Origin: an uncultured Alphaproteobacteria bacterium | Lineage (GTDB): Bacteria; Pseudomonadota; Alphaproteobacteria; Rhizobiales; Xanthobacteraceae | DNA length: 64,000 nucleotides | Assembly (NCBI GenBank): GCA_963735835.1 | Contig: CAVTNA010000032.1 | Coordinates: forward strand, 2,248-66,247 | Direction: 5' to 3' | In this document: in pieces, positions 21,328 to 31,107 of the stretch | Position numbering within the stretch: position 1 is the stretch's first letter | How the letters are laid out: every line of letters starts with the position of its first letter | Notes under the pieces: generated by a model | What the model saw: the letters and a program-made list of their open reading frames with translations, nothing else | Told to the model about the DNA's origin: nothing | The model's database searches: none | Program-made: the position numbers and the translations under genes

Positions 21328-22758
21328 GGTGCCGTCCGGAAAGTGGTTGGAATTGGGCGTGGCGCATTCTCCGGGAACATGAAGGTATCGTTTCAGGCTG
21401 CGAGGTCAATCGGCTGATTGCTGGGCTTTGTGGCGAGCGTCTGCCATCCATCGACCTTGCGCATGTTGATCTGTCCAGAGGCGAGCAGCGCCCAGAACAA
21501 CATGGCAGCGGTGTCGGCTGACGGCAGCACGGTTTGCGTCTTGATTCTTCGCTTGAACTCTTCGTGCAGCCGCTCGATTGCATTGGTGGTGCGCACGCTG
21601 CGCCATTGGCTCGGCGGCAGGCGGGTGAAGGTGAACAAGCGTTCTCCTGCCTCCTCCAGGCTGTCGGCAACGGCGCGATGCTTGAGCCTCCATTTGCGGA
21701 TGAAGGCCTTGCGGCGCGCTTCGATCTCCTCAGGCGTCGTCGCGTAGATCATGTCGTTGTAATCCGCGGTGATCTCGTCATGCAGCCGCTCGGGGGCATG
21801 TGCGAACAGGTTCCTGTGCTTGTGGACCGTGCAGCGCTGGACCGGCACGCCGTCCCAGACCGAGGCGATGGCCTTGTCGAGCCCCGGCGCGCCATCGACG
21901 ATGAGGAATTCCGGACGCCGCAGCCCGCGATTGATGAGATCGTCGAGGACAGTGCGCCAGGCCTCGGCGCTCTCGCCGCCCATGCTCTTGATCGCGAGCA
22001 GCACCTTCTGGCCGTCCGCGCGCACGCCGAGAACGACGAGCAGCGAGATCGAGGTCGCCTTGCGGTCGAGCCGCACGCGCACCACGGTGCCGTCCAGGAT
22101 CAGGCGCACGATCGGCTCCCCGGCCAGCGAGCGGGTGTTCCAGGCGTCCCAGTCGCTCTTCACCTTGCGCCACGTCCGGCTCACCGTGTCCTTGCCGACC
22201 GTCCCGCCGAACAAGGCCGCGAGCGCGCGGCGCACCCGCCGCGTATTGGTGCCGGCGAGATAGGTGCTCGCGATCAGCGCGTCGGCGGCCAGGGTGCGCC
22301 GCTGATAGGCCCGCAGCGCCTGGCTCTTCCATTCCGTCGTCCTGCCCTCGGAGGTGGTCAGCCGGGCGCGCGGCACCGCGATCTCGATCGGTCCGAACGT
22401 GCCTGTCAGCGACCGCGTCCGGCTGCCGTGGCGGTGGCCCGCAACGCCCGCTCTTCCTTCACTGCTGGCCATCTGGCTTCGCCCGTAACGCGGCCGTGCC
22501 AGCGCCGCGTCGAGCTCGCCGCGGAGCAGTTCTTCGATGAACTCACGCGCCCGAGCCCGCACTTCGGTCTCAAGCGGATCAAACCAGTTGTCGAAAAGAT
22601 CGCCGGCCATATCGGCCGCAGGCTGCAAAGAATCAGGCTTCGTGGTAGTGCTCGTCATGGCGTGGTCTCCAGTCCGACGCTTCAACGCCGGATGATTCGA
22701 GGTTGATCACCCCGGAGACTACGCCACACTCAATTCCTACCAACCCCGCGACGGCACC
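21328..22758 (-). mobile_element. Complete IS256-family insertion sequence
   Basis: Terminal IRs GGTGCCGTC..GTTGGAATTG and CAATTCC..GACGGCACC; 8-bp target duplication CCACCCAT at 21320-21327 and 22759-22766. Confidence 0.95.
21393..22658 (-). CDS. IS256-family transposase
   Basis: Intact ORF; LILDG, LIVDGAPGL, QRCTVHK, RTTNAIERLHEEFKRR. Confidence 0.95.
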   Translation of the reverse strand: MTSTTTKPDSLQPAADMAGDLFDNWFDPLETEVRARAREFIEELLRGELDAALARPRYGRSQMASSEGRAGVAGHRHGSRTRSLTGTFGPIEIAVPRARLTTSEGRTTEWKSQALRAYQRRTLAADALIASTYLAGTNTRRVRRALAALFGGTVGKDTVSRTWRKVKSDWDAWNTRSLAGEPIVRLILDGTVVRVRLDRKATSISLLVVLGVRADGQKVLLAIKSMGGESAEAWRTVLDDLINRGLRRPEFLIVDGAPGLDKAIASVWDGVPVQRCTVHKHRNLFAHAPERLHDEITADYNDMIYATTPEEIEARRKAFIRKWRLKHRAVADSLEEAGERLFTFTRLPPSQWRSVRTTNAIERLHEEFKRRIKTQTVLPSADTAAMLFWALLASGQINMRKVDGWQTLATKPSNQPIDLAA

Positions 22759-22784
22759 CCACCCATAAGGCAAAGGCACTGATT

Positions 22785-23339
22785 TTACTGCTTACGCAGC
22801 GTTCCCCAAATCTTAATATATTGATAGCAGAACGGAGGACGATGAAGGTTTCTGTCTTTATCATACACGCTAGGCATGGCTACGTTTGCAACGCCATTTG
22901 AGAAGGTAAACTCTGGTCCGTCCTCCCATTCGTCATCTGATATGTTGCTACAATCCACTTCGAACTTAAAAGAATGCTTCAAGTGAGCGCGCGTGATCTC
23001 ATAATCCGTCTCATTTTTAGTGACCATAATGATCATAGGAGGCTTGTCGAAATTCTTGCTCCCCATCATGATCACGCCAGGGTCCTTGGCGAAGTCCGGC
23101 AGCATCCCGAAATCGATCTTCCCGCTAGTCAGGTACGAGATCGGCAGTTCATCTTCCTTATGGAAGCGGACGGCGCATACTTTCTGAACGGCGTACATCA
23201 TCTGCCCCGATTGACCACGCATTTCGCTAACCACACATTCATCGTACGACGACGGCCTATCGTGGTACCAAACAAAAACCTCAGCAACCAACGCGGCGAA
23301 GATCACGCTCAAAGTGACGCCGTAGACCCATTTCGGCAT
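22785..23339 (-). CDS. Hypothetical membrane-anchored protein
   Basis: N-terminal TM, SYDECVV...C motif, four Cys; low GC; intact. Confidence 0.7.
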   Translation of the reverse strand: MPKWVYGVTLSVIFAALVAEVFVWYHDRPSSYDECVVSEMRGQSGQMMYAVQKVCAVRFHKEDELPISYLTSGKIDFGMLPDFAKDPGVIMMGSKNFDKPPMIIMVTKNETDYEITRAHLKHSFKFEVDCSNISDDEWEDGPEFTFSNGVANVAMPSVYDKDRNLHRPPFCYQYIKIWGTLRKQ

Positions 23340-23772
23340 GTTCACCCTCTGACTATTACAATTCCCGCAGCATGTTCCCAAATCGCCGGCGGCCCTCTCT
23401 AAATCTAAAAAAGGGTCTTTGCTGCGATCTCAAGCCACTCAATAATTGCGTTGAACGCATCATGTATCGGCGGGAACAGTTGCGTTAGAACATATGTTCC
23501 GCCACCAGCTCCAATCGTTGCTATAGCTGCGTCTACGCTCTTGTCCGCCTTCTGCGCAGCCCACTTACCCGCAACTACAAGCGCATTACGAATTGGCGTT
23601 GCCCACTGCTTGATCCTTGCGATAGCGGGACTCGGCTTTTGAAACTCAAGCTTAAGTTCGGCGACAGCCTTTTGCACCTCCGGCAGATCGGCGCCGCCCA
23701 TTGCCTCCGGCGGTTGATTGTGTCCAATTCCAATCGCCTGACGTTTCGTGATGATCTTTTCAAGACGCTCTA

Positions 23773-24621
23773 GGTCCTGTGGACACTTATCGCATCCATA
23801 GGATGATGGCGGCGAGGGTGACGACGGCGAGATAGTTCCGCGCGGTTTTCTCGAAGCGCGTTGCGACGCGTCGGAACTGCTTGAGCTTTGAGAAGCAGCA
23901 CTCGACGAGGTGGCGCTGGGCGTAGAGATGCTTGTCGAGCGGGTATTTGAGCGCGCGTGAGGGGTTGTTCGGGATGACGGCGAGCGCGCCCTTGGCGGCG
24001 ATGACCTGGCGCAGGTGATCGGCATCGTAGGCTGTGTCGGCCATGACGACCTCGGCCGGCAGCCCCTCGATCAACGCGGCGGCCTGGGGGGCATCGCCCT
24101 TCTGGCCGGCCGTCAGGATGAAGCGCACCGGACAGCCCAGGCCGCGCACGGCCATGTGGATTTTGGTGCTCAGGCCGCCGCGCGAGCGGCCGATGGCCTG
24201 ATCTTCAGACCCCCTTTTTTGCGCCGGCAGCGTGCTGGTGGGCGCGAACGATGGTGGAGTCGACGATCAGATATTCGAAGTCCGGATCATCCGACATCGC
24301 CTCGAAGATGCGCCACCAGACGCCTTTGGTGCTCCACCGGCTGAAGCGCCGGAACACGCTGTTCCAGTCGCCGAACACCTCCGGAAGATCACGCCAGGGC
24401 GAGCCCGTCCGCACGATCCACAGCACGCCCTCGACGAACATCCGGTTGTCGCGGCCGGTCGAGCCTTTCTGGTCAGGTCGACCAATGATCAGGGGCGCCA
24501 TCCGCTCCCACGCAGCGTCGCTCAAAACCAAACGATCCATCACACCCAAGACCGCCTCCCCAAAAGCAGCCTTGAATCTGATTTGCTGATAAAAGGAAAT
24601 CCCTAGACAGTCCACAGGACC
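23773..24621 (-). mobile_element. Complete IS5-family element (IS427-like group), 849 bp
   Basis: IRs GGTCCTGTGGAC and GTCCACAGGACC flanked by a TA duplication. Confidence 0.93.
23787..24540 (-). CDS. IS5-family transposase, two ORFs joined by a probable -1 frameshift
   Basis: orfA VEGVLWIVRTGSPWRDLP...IVDSTIVRAHQHAAG; AAAAAAG slippery site near 24215; orfB MADTAYD...RHLVECCFSKLKQFRRVATRFEK. Confidence 0.92.
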
Positions 24622-25249
24622 TAAAGCGATAAGTGCTTTCTTGCGTGCCTGTTGCTCGGCTTGCGTGCCATATTGCGAACTTGGCTCGTCGAGGTAAATG
24701 TCGAGCGTAGCCGGCTCGTCTGGAGGCTCGGTCTCGTCGTAATCATCTGGACTGGATACTAGCGCCCAGTCAGTTAATCCCTCTCGCTCGACTTCCTCGA
24801 CAACCTCTTCAATTAGAGATTCAGAAACGAGATCGCCAAATTTGGAATACAACTCATCCCGCGCTTCGTATGGACCTCCCCAAATCCACTGATAGCCACC
24901 CTCGGCGCTCTCATACGGAGTTCGTACTGCAGGGTCCTCGAAATTCTCCGAAAACCATCGAAGCATCAGCTCACGCTTCTCGGCTTTTCGCATTTGCCGA
25001 AATCGAGATACGCCGTACTGAGAGCCGTCTTCAAGAAAGGGATGCTTTTGAACCATCTATAAAAATCGCCTACTAACGAGATCGCTCAAGTTAGGTTGAG
25101 CCGAGCGGAAACACAACTGATTGCCATTCCCCCAGCCCTCTATCGCAACAGCCAAAAGGCGGATTTGCCAAAAGCGTAAACCGCTATTTCATTGACCTAG
25201 CCACGCCGGGACAGGCTTTCGGCCAACCCGCCCAACTCCGCCCCGCCCC

Positions 25250-25756
25250 CTACTTCGCCCGCTGGTAAAAATTGCTCGCGCTGCCGCGCCCGCGACCGAC
25301 ATTCGGATTGGTGTTGACGAACTCGTCGGAGGTCAACTTGTCGATGGTGCGGGTCTGCGCCTCGCCCTCCCAATTCGGGAACGAAGAGGACACGATGTGG
25401 TAGGTGACGGTCTTGTTGGCCTCGTCGACCGTCCGGGTGCCGAACACCGACAGGCTGCGCCGCATGATGGCGGCGTATTCCTCCGGCGTGCCGGTCATGC
25501 GGTTGTTGGACGCGATTCTTGGCACGTCGCTGGCGACGTGAATTTGCGCGAAATGGCCGTCGGCGGTGAAGATCAAAATGCCCCTGGGCGTCTCGCCGAA
25601 CGGAAACGACTTCTTGCCGTCTGATGCCGTGATCTCGGCGACCACGAAATTCCAGGTGCCGACGATCTGGTCCTTGAGACTTTTCGCCGGCTGCGCGGCG
25701 GCCGTACCGGCCGGCAGTGCAAGCGCGAGCAAAACGGCGACGGTTCGCAATTTCAT
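25250..25756 (-). CDS. Secreted lipocalin-like domain protein
   Basis: Signal peptide; IVGTWNFV, PFGETPRGILIFTADGHF, SSFPNWEG. Confidence 0.85.
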   Translation of the reverse strand: MKLRTVAVLLALALPAGTAAAQPAKSLKDQIVGTWNFVVAEITASDGKKSFPFGETPRGILIFTADGHFAQIHVASDVPRIASNNRMTGTPEEYAAIMRRSLSVFGTRTVDEANKTVTYHIVSSSFPNWEGEAQTRTIDKLTSDEFVNTNPNVGRGRGSASNFYQRAK

Positions 25757-25893
25757 GGTATCCCCCCAACGCGTCGGCGCGCAGGCTAACCCGGAACGCA
25801 TCGCCGCGCGAGGCTCATTGGACGGAACTCCGCGCCATCTTCCCGAATTGCGCTTTTACGCTACACTGCGCTGCCTCACATGAGAGGTGACCC

Positions 25894-26289
25894 ATGGCTC
25901 CCATCAAGCATTTCGCCGCTCCCGCCGGGCTGACCACGCCGCCGCTGTCGTTCGCCGCGCGGACCGGCGACCTGCTGTTCGTCTCGGGCATTCCCGGCTT
26001 TGACGAAAACGGCGTGCTGCCGGACAAATTCGAGGCGCAATTCGGTTTCGTCGTTCACAACATCAAGCGCGTGCTCGACGAGGCGGGCGCGACTTTTCGC
26101 GATCTGGTCAAGGTCAACGTGCTGCTGACGCGAGCGTCCGATGTGGGGCCGATGAACGCGCTGTATGCCGGTGCGTTCGGACCGCCGCCCTACCCGGCCC
26201 GCACCACCTGCGTGGTGCAGGCGCTTCCGAATCCGGCGATGCTGATCGAAATCGAATGCGTCGCCTCGCTTGCGGGGAAGCAAGCGTAA
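25894..26289 (+). CDS. RidA/YjgF family protein
   Basis: GDLLFVSG, LVKVNVLL, YPARTT, LIEIECVA. Confidence 0.93.
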   Translation: MAPIKHFAAPAGLTTPPLSFAARTGDLLFVSGIPGFDENGVLPDKFEAQFGFVVHNIKRVLDEAGATFRDLVKVNVLLTRASDVGPMNALYAGAFGPPPYPARTTCVVQALPNPAMLIEIECVASLAGKQA

Positions 26290-26317
26290 TCTCGACGCCG
26301 CGCCTGCGACAAAACAA

Positions 26318-26815
26318 CCCGACGGGCAAATCACCAAAAACCTGTCCAGCCCTCCTTCGAAAAATATTCCGCTTAACGCGTCGGGCAAATCAGGGGCATA
26401 GCTTCGCGCGTCTCACCCGATGAGAGGGGCGGGTCGCGATCGTCACGAACGCGCGGTGGGATGCGGTGGACGCGAGGCTTGCGAGCAGACGAACGCAGGC
26501 CGCGCGGACGGCGAAGTCGTGTGGTCCTGGCGCCCCGACGCTGGCGTCAAGTTTGCGTGGAGTTATCCGCGAGGCGACGGTGGCAAGAAAGCCCGGTCAC
26601 CGGGGAGAGCGCGAAGTAAGCCGTAAACCATCGCGCAGGGAAAGCCGGATTGCCTCCGCTGGACCTGTCTGCTCGTGTGCGTTTTTTTCCACTTTTGCAC
26701 ACGAGACCGCGGGTGCAGCGCGCACCCGGCTTTCCCTGCGCCCTCTTGTTTTCCGAGGGTGGCCATCGACGCCAAGCTCGGGCGCACTCCGCGCCGCGAG
26801 AATGCGGACGCGTGG
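26318..26815 (+). repeat. ~500-nt structured dispersed repeat, copy A
   Basis: Block-wise homologous to the reverse complement of 46497-47015. Confidence 0.85.
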
Positions 26816-26852
26816 CCCAAGGCTGTTTGACATTTGAATTGTGGCGCGACCG

Positions 26853-27036
26853 CTTCACCCCGCCTTGGAGGGGGAGGGTCGCGTCGCAACGCAGCGAAGC
26901 CAGATGCGTCATGCCGGGGTGATGCGTGAGCAGCGATCTACGATGTGACAGTTGCACGAATCGGAGAGATCACCCCACCCGGGTCTGGTCTTACGCCCGT
27001 TCACGGAACCGACCCGCCCTCCGGGGCAGGGTCGAA
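26853..27036. repeat. Degenerate REP-like palindromic element
   Basis: TTCACCCCGCCTTGGAGGGGGAGGGTCG...CGACCCGCCCTCCGGGGCAGGGTCGAA imperfect inverted ends. Confidence 0.6.
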
Positions 27037-27068
27037 GCACCGGGCAAGCGCGTGGACTGTGCCTGCCC

Positions 27069-27509
27069 CTACTTCAGCGTGATCGCGAGCCCGCTGAGGT
27101 CGGCGTTCGCCATCAGCCCGGTCTGGTGGCCGGACAGTTCCAGCACCGCGCCCTTCTGGTTGGTCAGCACGATCGCGCGCGCGCCCGAGCCGACCGCCAG
27201 CCCCGCGCCCGCCGCGCCATAGACGCCGGCGACATCGAGGGCCTGACGATGTTGCTGACGCGCCCGCGCAGCACCGTCCTCGATCCGCCGAACACGAGGC
27301 CATAGTCCAGCCCGCCCGTGGTGAGCGGATAGCTGCGCCCGTGGAAAGTCAGCGTGCCGCCCCCGCCCGAGCCGCCGATGATCCAGCCCGCCTTGTAGAT
27401 CACGAGCGACACGAAGCCCTCGTCGGCATGGGCGGCGGAAGACAGTGAGGCCGCCGGCGAAAGCCGTCAGCGCGACCATCGCGGCACGCAGGGCGGATGA
27501 GATGTTCAT
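27069..27509 (-). CDS. Secreted hypothetical protein (frameshifted)
   Basis: Signal peptide; KAGWIIGGSGGGGTLTFHGRSY...DVAGVYGAAGAGLAVG...LTNQKGAVLEL. Confidence 0.75.
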   Translation of the reverse strand: MNISSALRAAMVALTAFAGGLTVFRRPCRRGLRVARDLQGGLDHRRLGRGRHADFPRAQLSAHHGRAGLWPRVRRIEDGAARARQQHRQALDVAGVYGAAGAGLAVGSGARAIVLTNQKGAVLELSGHQTGLMANADLSGLAITLK

Positions 27510-27642
27510 TGGCAGGGTTCCCCGGGATGTGGTGAGCAGGCGCCGCGACGTCGAGTCGCGCCTTGGCGATTGTAGCCCGATGGGCGGGATCGGCAAAGCG
27601 CTATTCGCGTCTCGCGCCGGTCGGCACGCCGGCCCGCCCGCC

Positions 27643-28134
27643 CTACAGTCTGCGCTCCAGTCTCACTTCCCGGATCAGCGCGTCGCGCGCCACCGACAGG
27701 CCTTGAAATTGCTGCGCGCTGCCGCCGGCGTCCGGATGCGCGGCCTTGGCGGCGCGCTTCCAGGCCTGGTGGATTTCCGGCGCCGACAGCCGGCCGTCGA
27801 GCGGCAATCCCAGCATCTGCCGGTAACGTTCCTCCGGCGTGAGCTGCTTCGGACTATTCTCGCGCCTGCCGAAGTGCGGCATGGAGAGCCCGATCAGGAC
27901 TTCGCTGATGACGCCGAGGCGGCGACGCGCGGCGTGCAGGGTCGCCTGGTCCGCATCGCCCGCCGCGGCGCTGCGCAGGATCGGCAGCGCCTGGGCGGCC
28001 GCCTGCCGCAGCGTCTCCTCCTCGCTGGCGCGCGCGATCTCGGCGACAAGGCGCGCGGCTTCGCCATAGTCGGGCGCGGTCGCCGACCTGATCCGCTCAA
28101 CGCTGAATTTCCATTCCCTTAAGTGTCTGTCCAT
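27643..28134 (-). CDS. Protein with C-terminal J (DnaJ) domain
   Basis: YRQMLGL...IHQAWKRAAKAAHPDAGGS with HPD motif. Confidence 0.82.
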   Translation of the reverse strand: MDRHLREWKFSVERIRSATAPDYGEAARLVAEIARASEEETLRQAAAQALPILRSAAAGDADQATLHAARRRLGVISEVLIGLSMPHFGRRENSPKQLTPEERYRQMLGLPLDGRLSAPEIHQAWKRAAKAAHPDAGGSAQQFQGLSVARDALIREVRLERRL

Positions 28135-28251
28135 GGCGCAACACCGCCCGCCATGAATACGCCCTTGCCGGTAAAGCTTTCCGTTTTCGGCCCCGTAATT
28201 TTGAATTAGCTTGTATCGAAAGCGCAGAAAACCAACAGCAGAGGAAACCCC

Positions 28252-29022
28252 ATGCCGCTTCTCAAGAACCACATCGCTGTCGTCACCGGCGCCGGCTCCG
28301 GCATCGGGCGGGCGATCGCGCTCGGCTACGCCCGCGAGGGCGCGCAGGTCGCGCTGCTCGACATCAACGAGAAGGCGGCGGCCGAGGCGGCGCAGGCGAT
28401 CCGCGACGGCGGCGGCCAGGCCGAGAGCTTTCGCGCTCGACGTCACCAGGCGCGAGGACTGCATCGCGGTCGCCAAACGCATCGCCGAACAGGTCGGGCA
28501 GGTCTCGATCCTGGTCAACAATGCCGGCATCAACCGCCGCAACGCCTTCACCGCGGACGCCGAGCGCCGTGCTGAAGGACTGGCAGGACATCATGGCGAT
28601 CAATCTCAACGGCGTCTTCAACGTGACGCATGCGTTCCTCGAGCCGCTGCTGCGCGGCCAAGGGGCGCATCGTCAACATCGGCTCGATCCAGTCCTTCGT
28701 GCATGTGCGCACGCCGAACTCGCCGGCCTACACCACCTCCAAGCACGGCGTGCTCGGCTTCACCCGGGCGCTCGCCGCCGAACTCGGCAAGCACGGCGTG
28801 CGCGTCAACGCGATCGGCCCGGGCCTGATCGAGACGCCGCTGAACGCCAGCGTGCGCGCCAACGATCCCGAGCTGGTGAAGATCTTCCTCGATCACACCC
28901 CGCTCGGCCGCGCCGGCAAGCCCGAGGACATCGTCGGCCCCGCGATCTTCCTCGCCTCCGACCTGTCGGCCTACGTCACCGGCTCGATCGTGATGGCGGA
29001 CGGCGGCTACCGGACGATTTGA
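28252..29022 (+). CDS. Short-chain dehydrogenase/reductase (frameshifted)
   Basis: TGAGSGIG, NNAGI, YTTSK, RVNAIGPG. Confidence 0.92.
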
Positions 29023-29040
29023 GCGCGGCAAACCCAGAAC

Positions 29041-29136
29041 CGTCGTACGCGGGCTTGACCCGCGTACCCATGCCGTCTTCGCGAGAGTTCTCGCGAAGAT
29101 GATGGATACTCGCCCGGGTCAAGTCCGGCAATGACA
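29041..29136. repeat. REP-like palindromic element
   Basis: GCGGGCTTGACCCGC...CGGGTCAAGTCCGGCAATGAC. Confidence 0.6.
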
Positions 29137-29171
29137 TGCTAAGTCGCGCTGCCACCGGATGCCCCGGCGCC

Positions 29172-30348
29172 ATGTCCAACGCCCCGCATTACAACATCGA
29201 CGTCGCCGGCGTTCTGGGCCGACCCCTATCCCGCTTTGGCGAGGATGCGCAAAGAGGCGCCGATCGCGTTCGTGCCGCAGCTGGGCTCGACCATCTTCAC
29301 CCGCCGCGACGACATCTTCGCCTGCGAAAAACGCATCGACGTGTTCTCCTCGCACCAGCCGGCGGGGCTGATGAACCGGCTGATGGGCCACAACATGATG
29401 CGCAAGGACGGCGAGGCGCACATGAACGAGCGCGCCGCGATGTTCCCGTCGGTGTCGCCGCGCACGGTGCGCGACACCTGGAGCCGGCAGTTCCAGGCCC
29501 ATGCCGACCGCATCCTCGATGAGCTCGTCGCCTCGCGGCCACGCCGACCTCTGCAAGGCGTTCGCGCTGCCGCTGTCGGCCGAGTGCCTGAAGGACATCA
29601 CCGGGCTGACCAACATGCGCTTTGAGGACATGGACGCGTGGTCGCAGGCGATGATCGACGGCATCGCCAACTACGCGGGCGACAAGGCGGTCGAGGCGCG
29701 CTGCCACGCCGCCACATCAGGCATCGATGCCGCGATCGCCGACATGATTCCGGTGCTGACGCAAACATCCCAACCGCTCGATCCTCAGCGTGCTGCTGTC
29801 CGCCGGCCAGCCGATCGAGAGCGTCCGCGCCAATGTCAAGCTTGCGATCTCCGGCGGCCAGAACGAGCCGCGCGACGCCATCTCGGGCACGATCTGGGCG
29901 CTGCTGACGCATCCGGATCAGCTCGCGCTGGTCCGCGGCGGCAAGGCGAGGTGGATCGACGTGTTCGAGGAATATGCGCGCTGGATCGCGCCGATCGGGA
30001 TGTCGCCGCGGCGGGTGGCGAGACCGTGGTCGTATCGCGGCGTCGATTTCGAGCCGGAGGATCGCGTGTTCCTCATGTTCGGCTCGGCCAATCGCGACGA
30101 GGCCTGTTTTGCCGATCCCGACCGCTTCGACATCACCCGCGACACCCAGAAGAGCATCGCCTTCGGCGCCGGCCCGCATTATTGCGCCGGCGCATTTGCC
30201 TCCCGCGCGATGGTCGCCGACGTGGCGCTGCCCGGCATCTTCGCGCGACTGAAGGGCTTGCGGCTCGACGCAGCAGAGCCGGTGCGGATCGGCGGCTGGG
30301 CGTTCCGCGGGCCTGCTCAATTTGCCGGTGAGGTGGGATGCGGATTAG
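29172..30348 (+). CDS. Cytochrome P450 (frameshifted)
   Basis: GGQNEP I-helix, EEYAR, SANRDE, heme motif FGAGPHYCAG. Confidence 0.92.
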
Positions 30349-30368
30349 CACCGGCCACGCCAGCCCCC

Positions 30369-30636
30369 TCACCCGAACCTCAGCCTCGAGCGCTCCCTCG
30401 CCTTCTCGGCCTCGGTCTCGCGGTCGCGCGCCGGCGCATGCGTATGCAGCGATGCCAGCAGGCGCCGGGCCGACGCCGGACACTTCCGCGACCGCGCGAT
30501 CGAAGGCCGCCGCGTTGGCCTGCGACGGCTTGTTGAAGCCGGAAAGCTTGCGCACGAATTGCAGCGCGGAGGCGTGGATTTCATCCTCGGTCGCGGGCGG
30601 CTCGAAATTGAACAGCGTCTTGATGTTGCGGCACAT
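30369..30636 (-). CDS. DUF2277-like protein (frameshifted)
   Basis: MCRNIKTLFNFEPPATEDEIHASALQFVRKLSGF. Confidence 0.85.
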
Positions 30637-30783
30637 TTGTCTTCTCCCTGGTCCGTCCGACCCGTCGGTCTGTCCCGCCCGCCCCCTGGGACGCCTGCCG
30701 AAAGCACTGATTATATCGGGGCTGATTTTGGCATAGAATGGGCGCGGCGTTCACCCCCGTCATCAGACCCGGCGAGTTCCCGC

Positions 30784-31030
30784 ATGTCCCATGTCACCTA
30801 CAAGATCGTTCAGCATGACGGCGGCTGGGCCTACACCGTCGACGGCGTGTTTTCGGAAGCCGTTTGCGACCCATGCCGCGGCACTTGCCGCGGCCAAGCG
30901 CGCCGCCGCCGAGCAGCGCACGCCCGGCCGCACCGAGGCGATCGAATACGAGACCGCCGACGGCAAATGGCACATCGAGACCGCCGCCGGCGGCGATCGC
31001 CCCGAAACCGATGTCGAGGACACGGCGTAG
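30784..31030 (+). CDS. DUF2188-like small protein (frameshifted)
   Basis: MSHVTYKIVQHDGGWAY...AAAEQRTPG...IEYETADGKWH. Confidence 0.75.
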
Positions 31031-31107
31031 CGCACGGTCCGCACGGCGTGATAGACTCGCTGCGCGAAGCGGCCCGGTTAAGGCGCGCCCCTGAGGAGAC
31101 GCTATCC

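Larger units (their letters stand above)
23405..25056 (-). pseudogene. Hypothetical 266-aa gene split by an IS5-family element
   Basis: Removing 23773-24621 and one TA restores an 801-nt frame (...KKALIAL|ERLEKII...). Confidence 0.85.

Noticed and set aside
20858-25200. Prophage, ICE or bona fide integron
   Set aside because: No integrase, tRNA target, phage or conjugation genes; only one attC-like hairpin.
26318-26815. Group II intron, tmRNA, RNase P RNA or riboswitch identity for the long repeat
   Set aside because: I could not find a convincing domain V, tRNA-like ends, RNase P core or known aptamer consensus by eye; an Rfam search is needed.
26420-26957. ORFs within the long repeats (also 46372-47154)
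   Set aside because: Frames are not preserved between the two copies whereas base pairing is; treated as non-coding.
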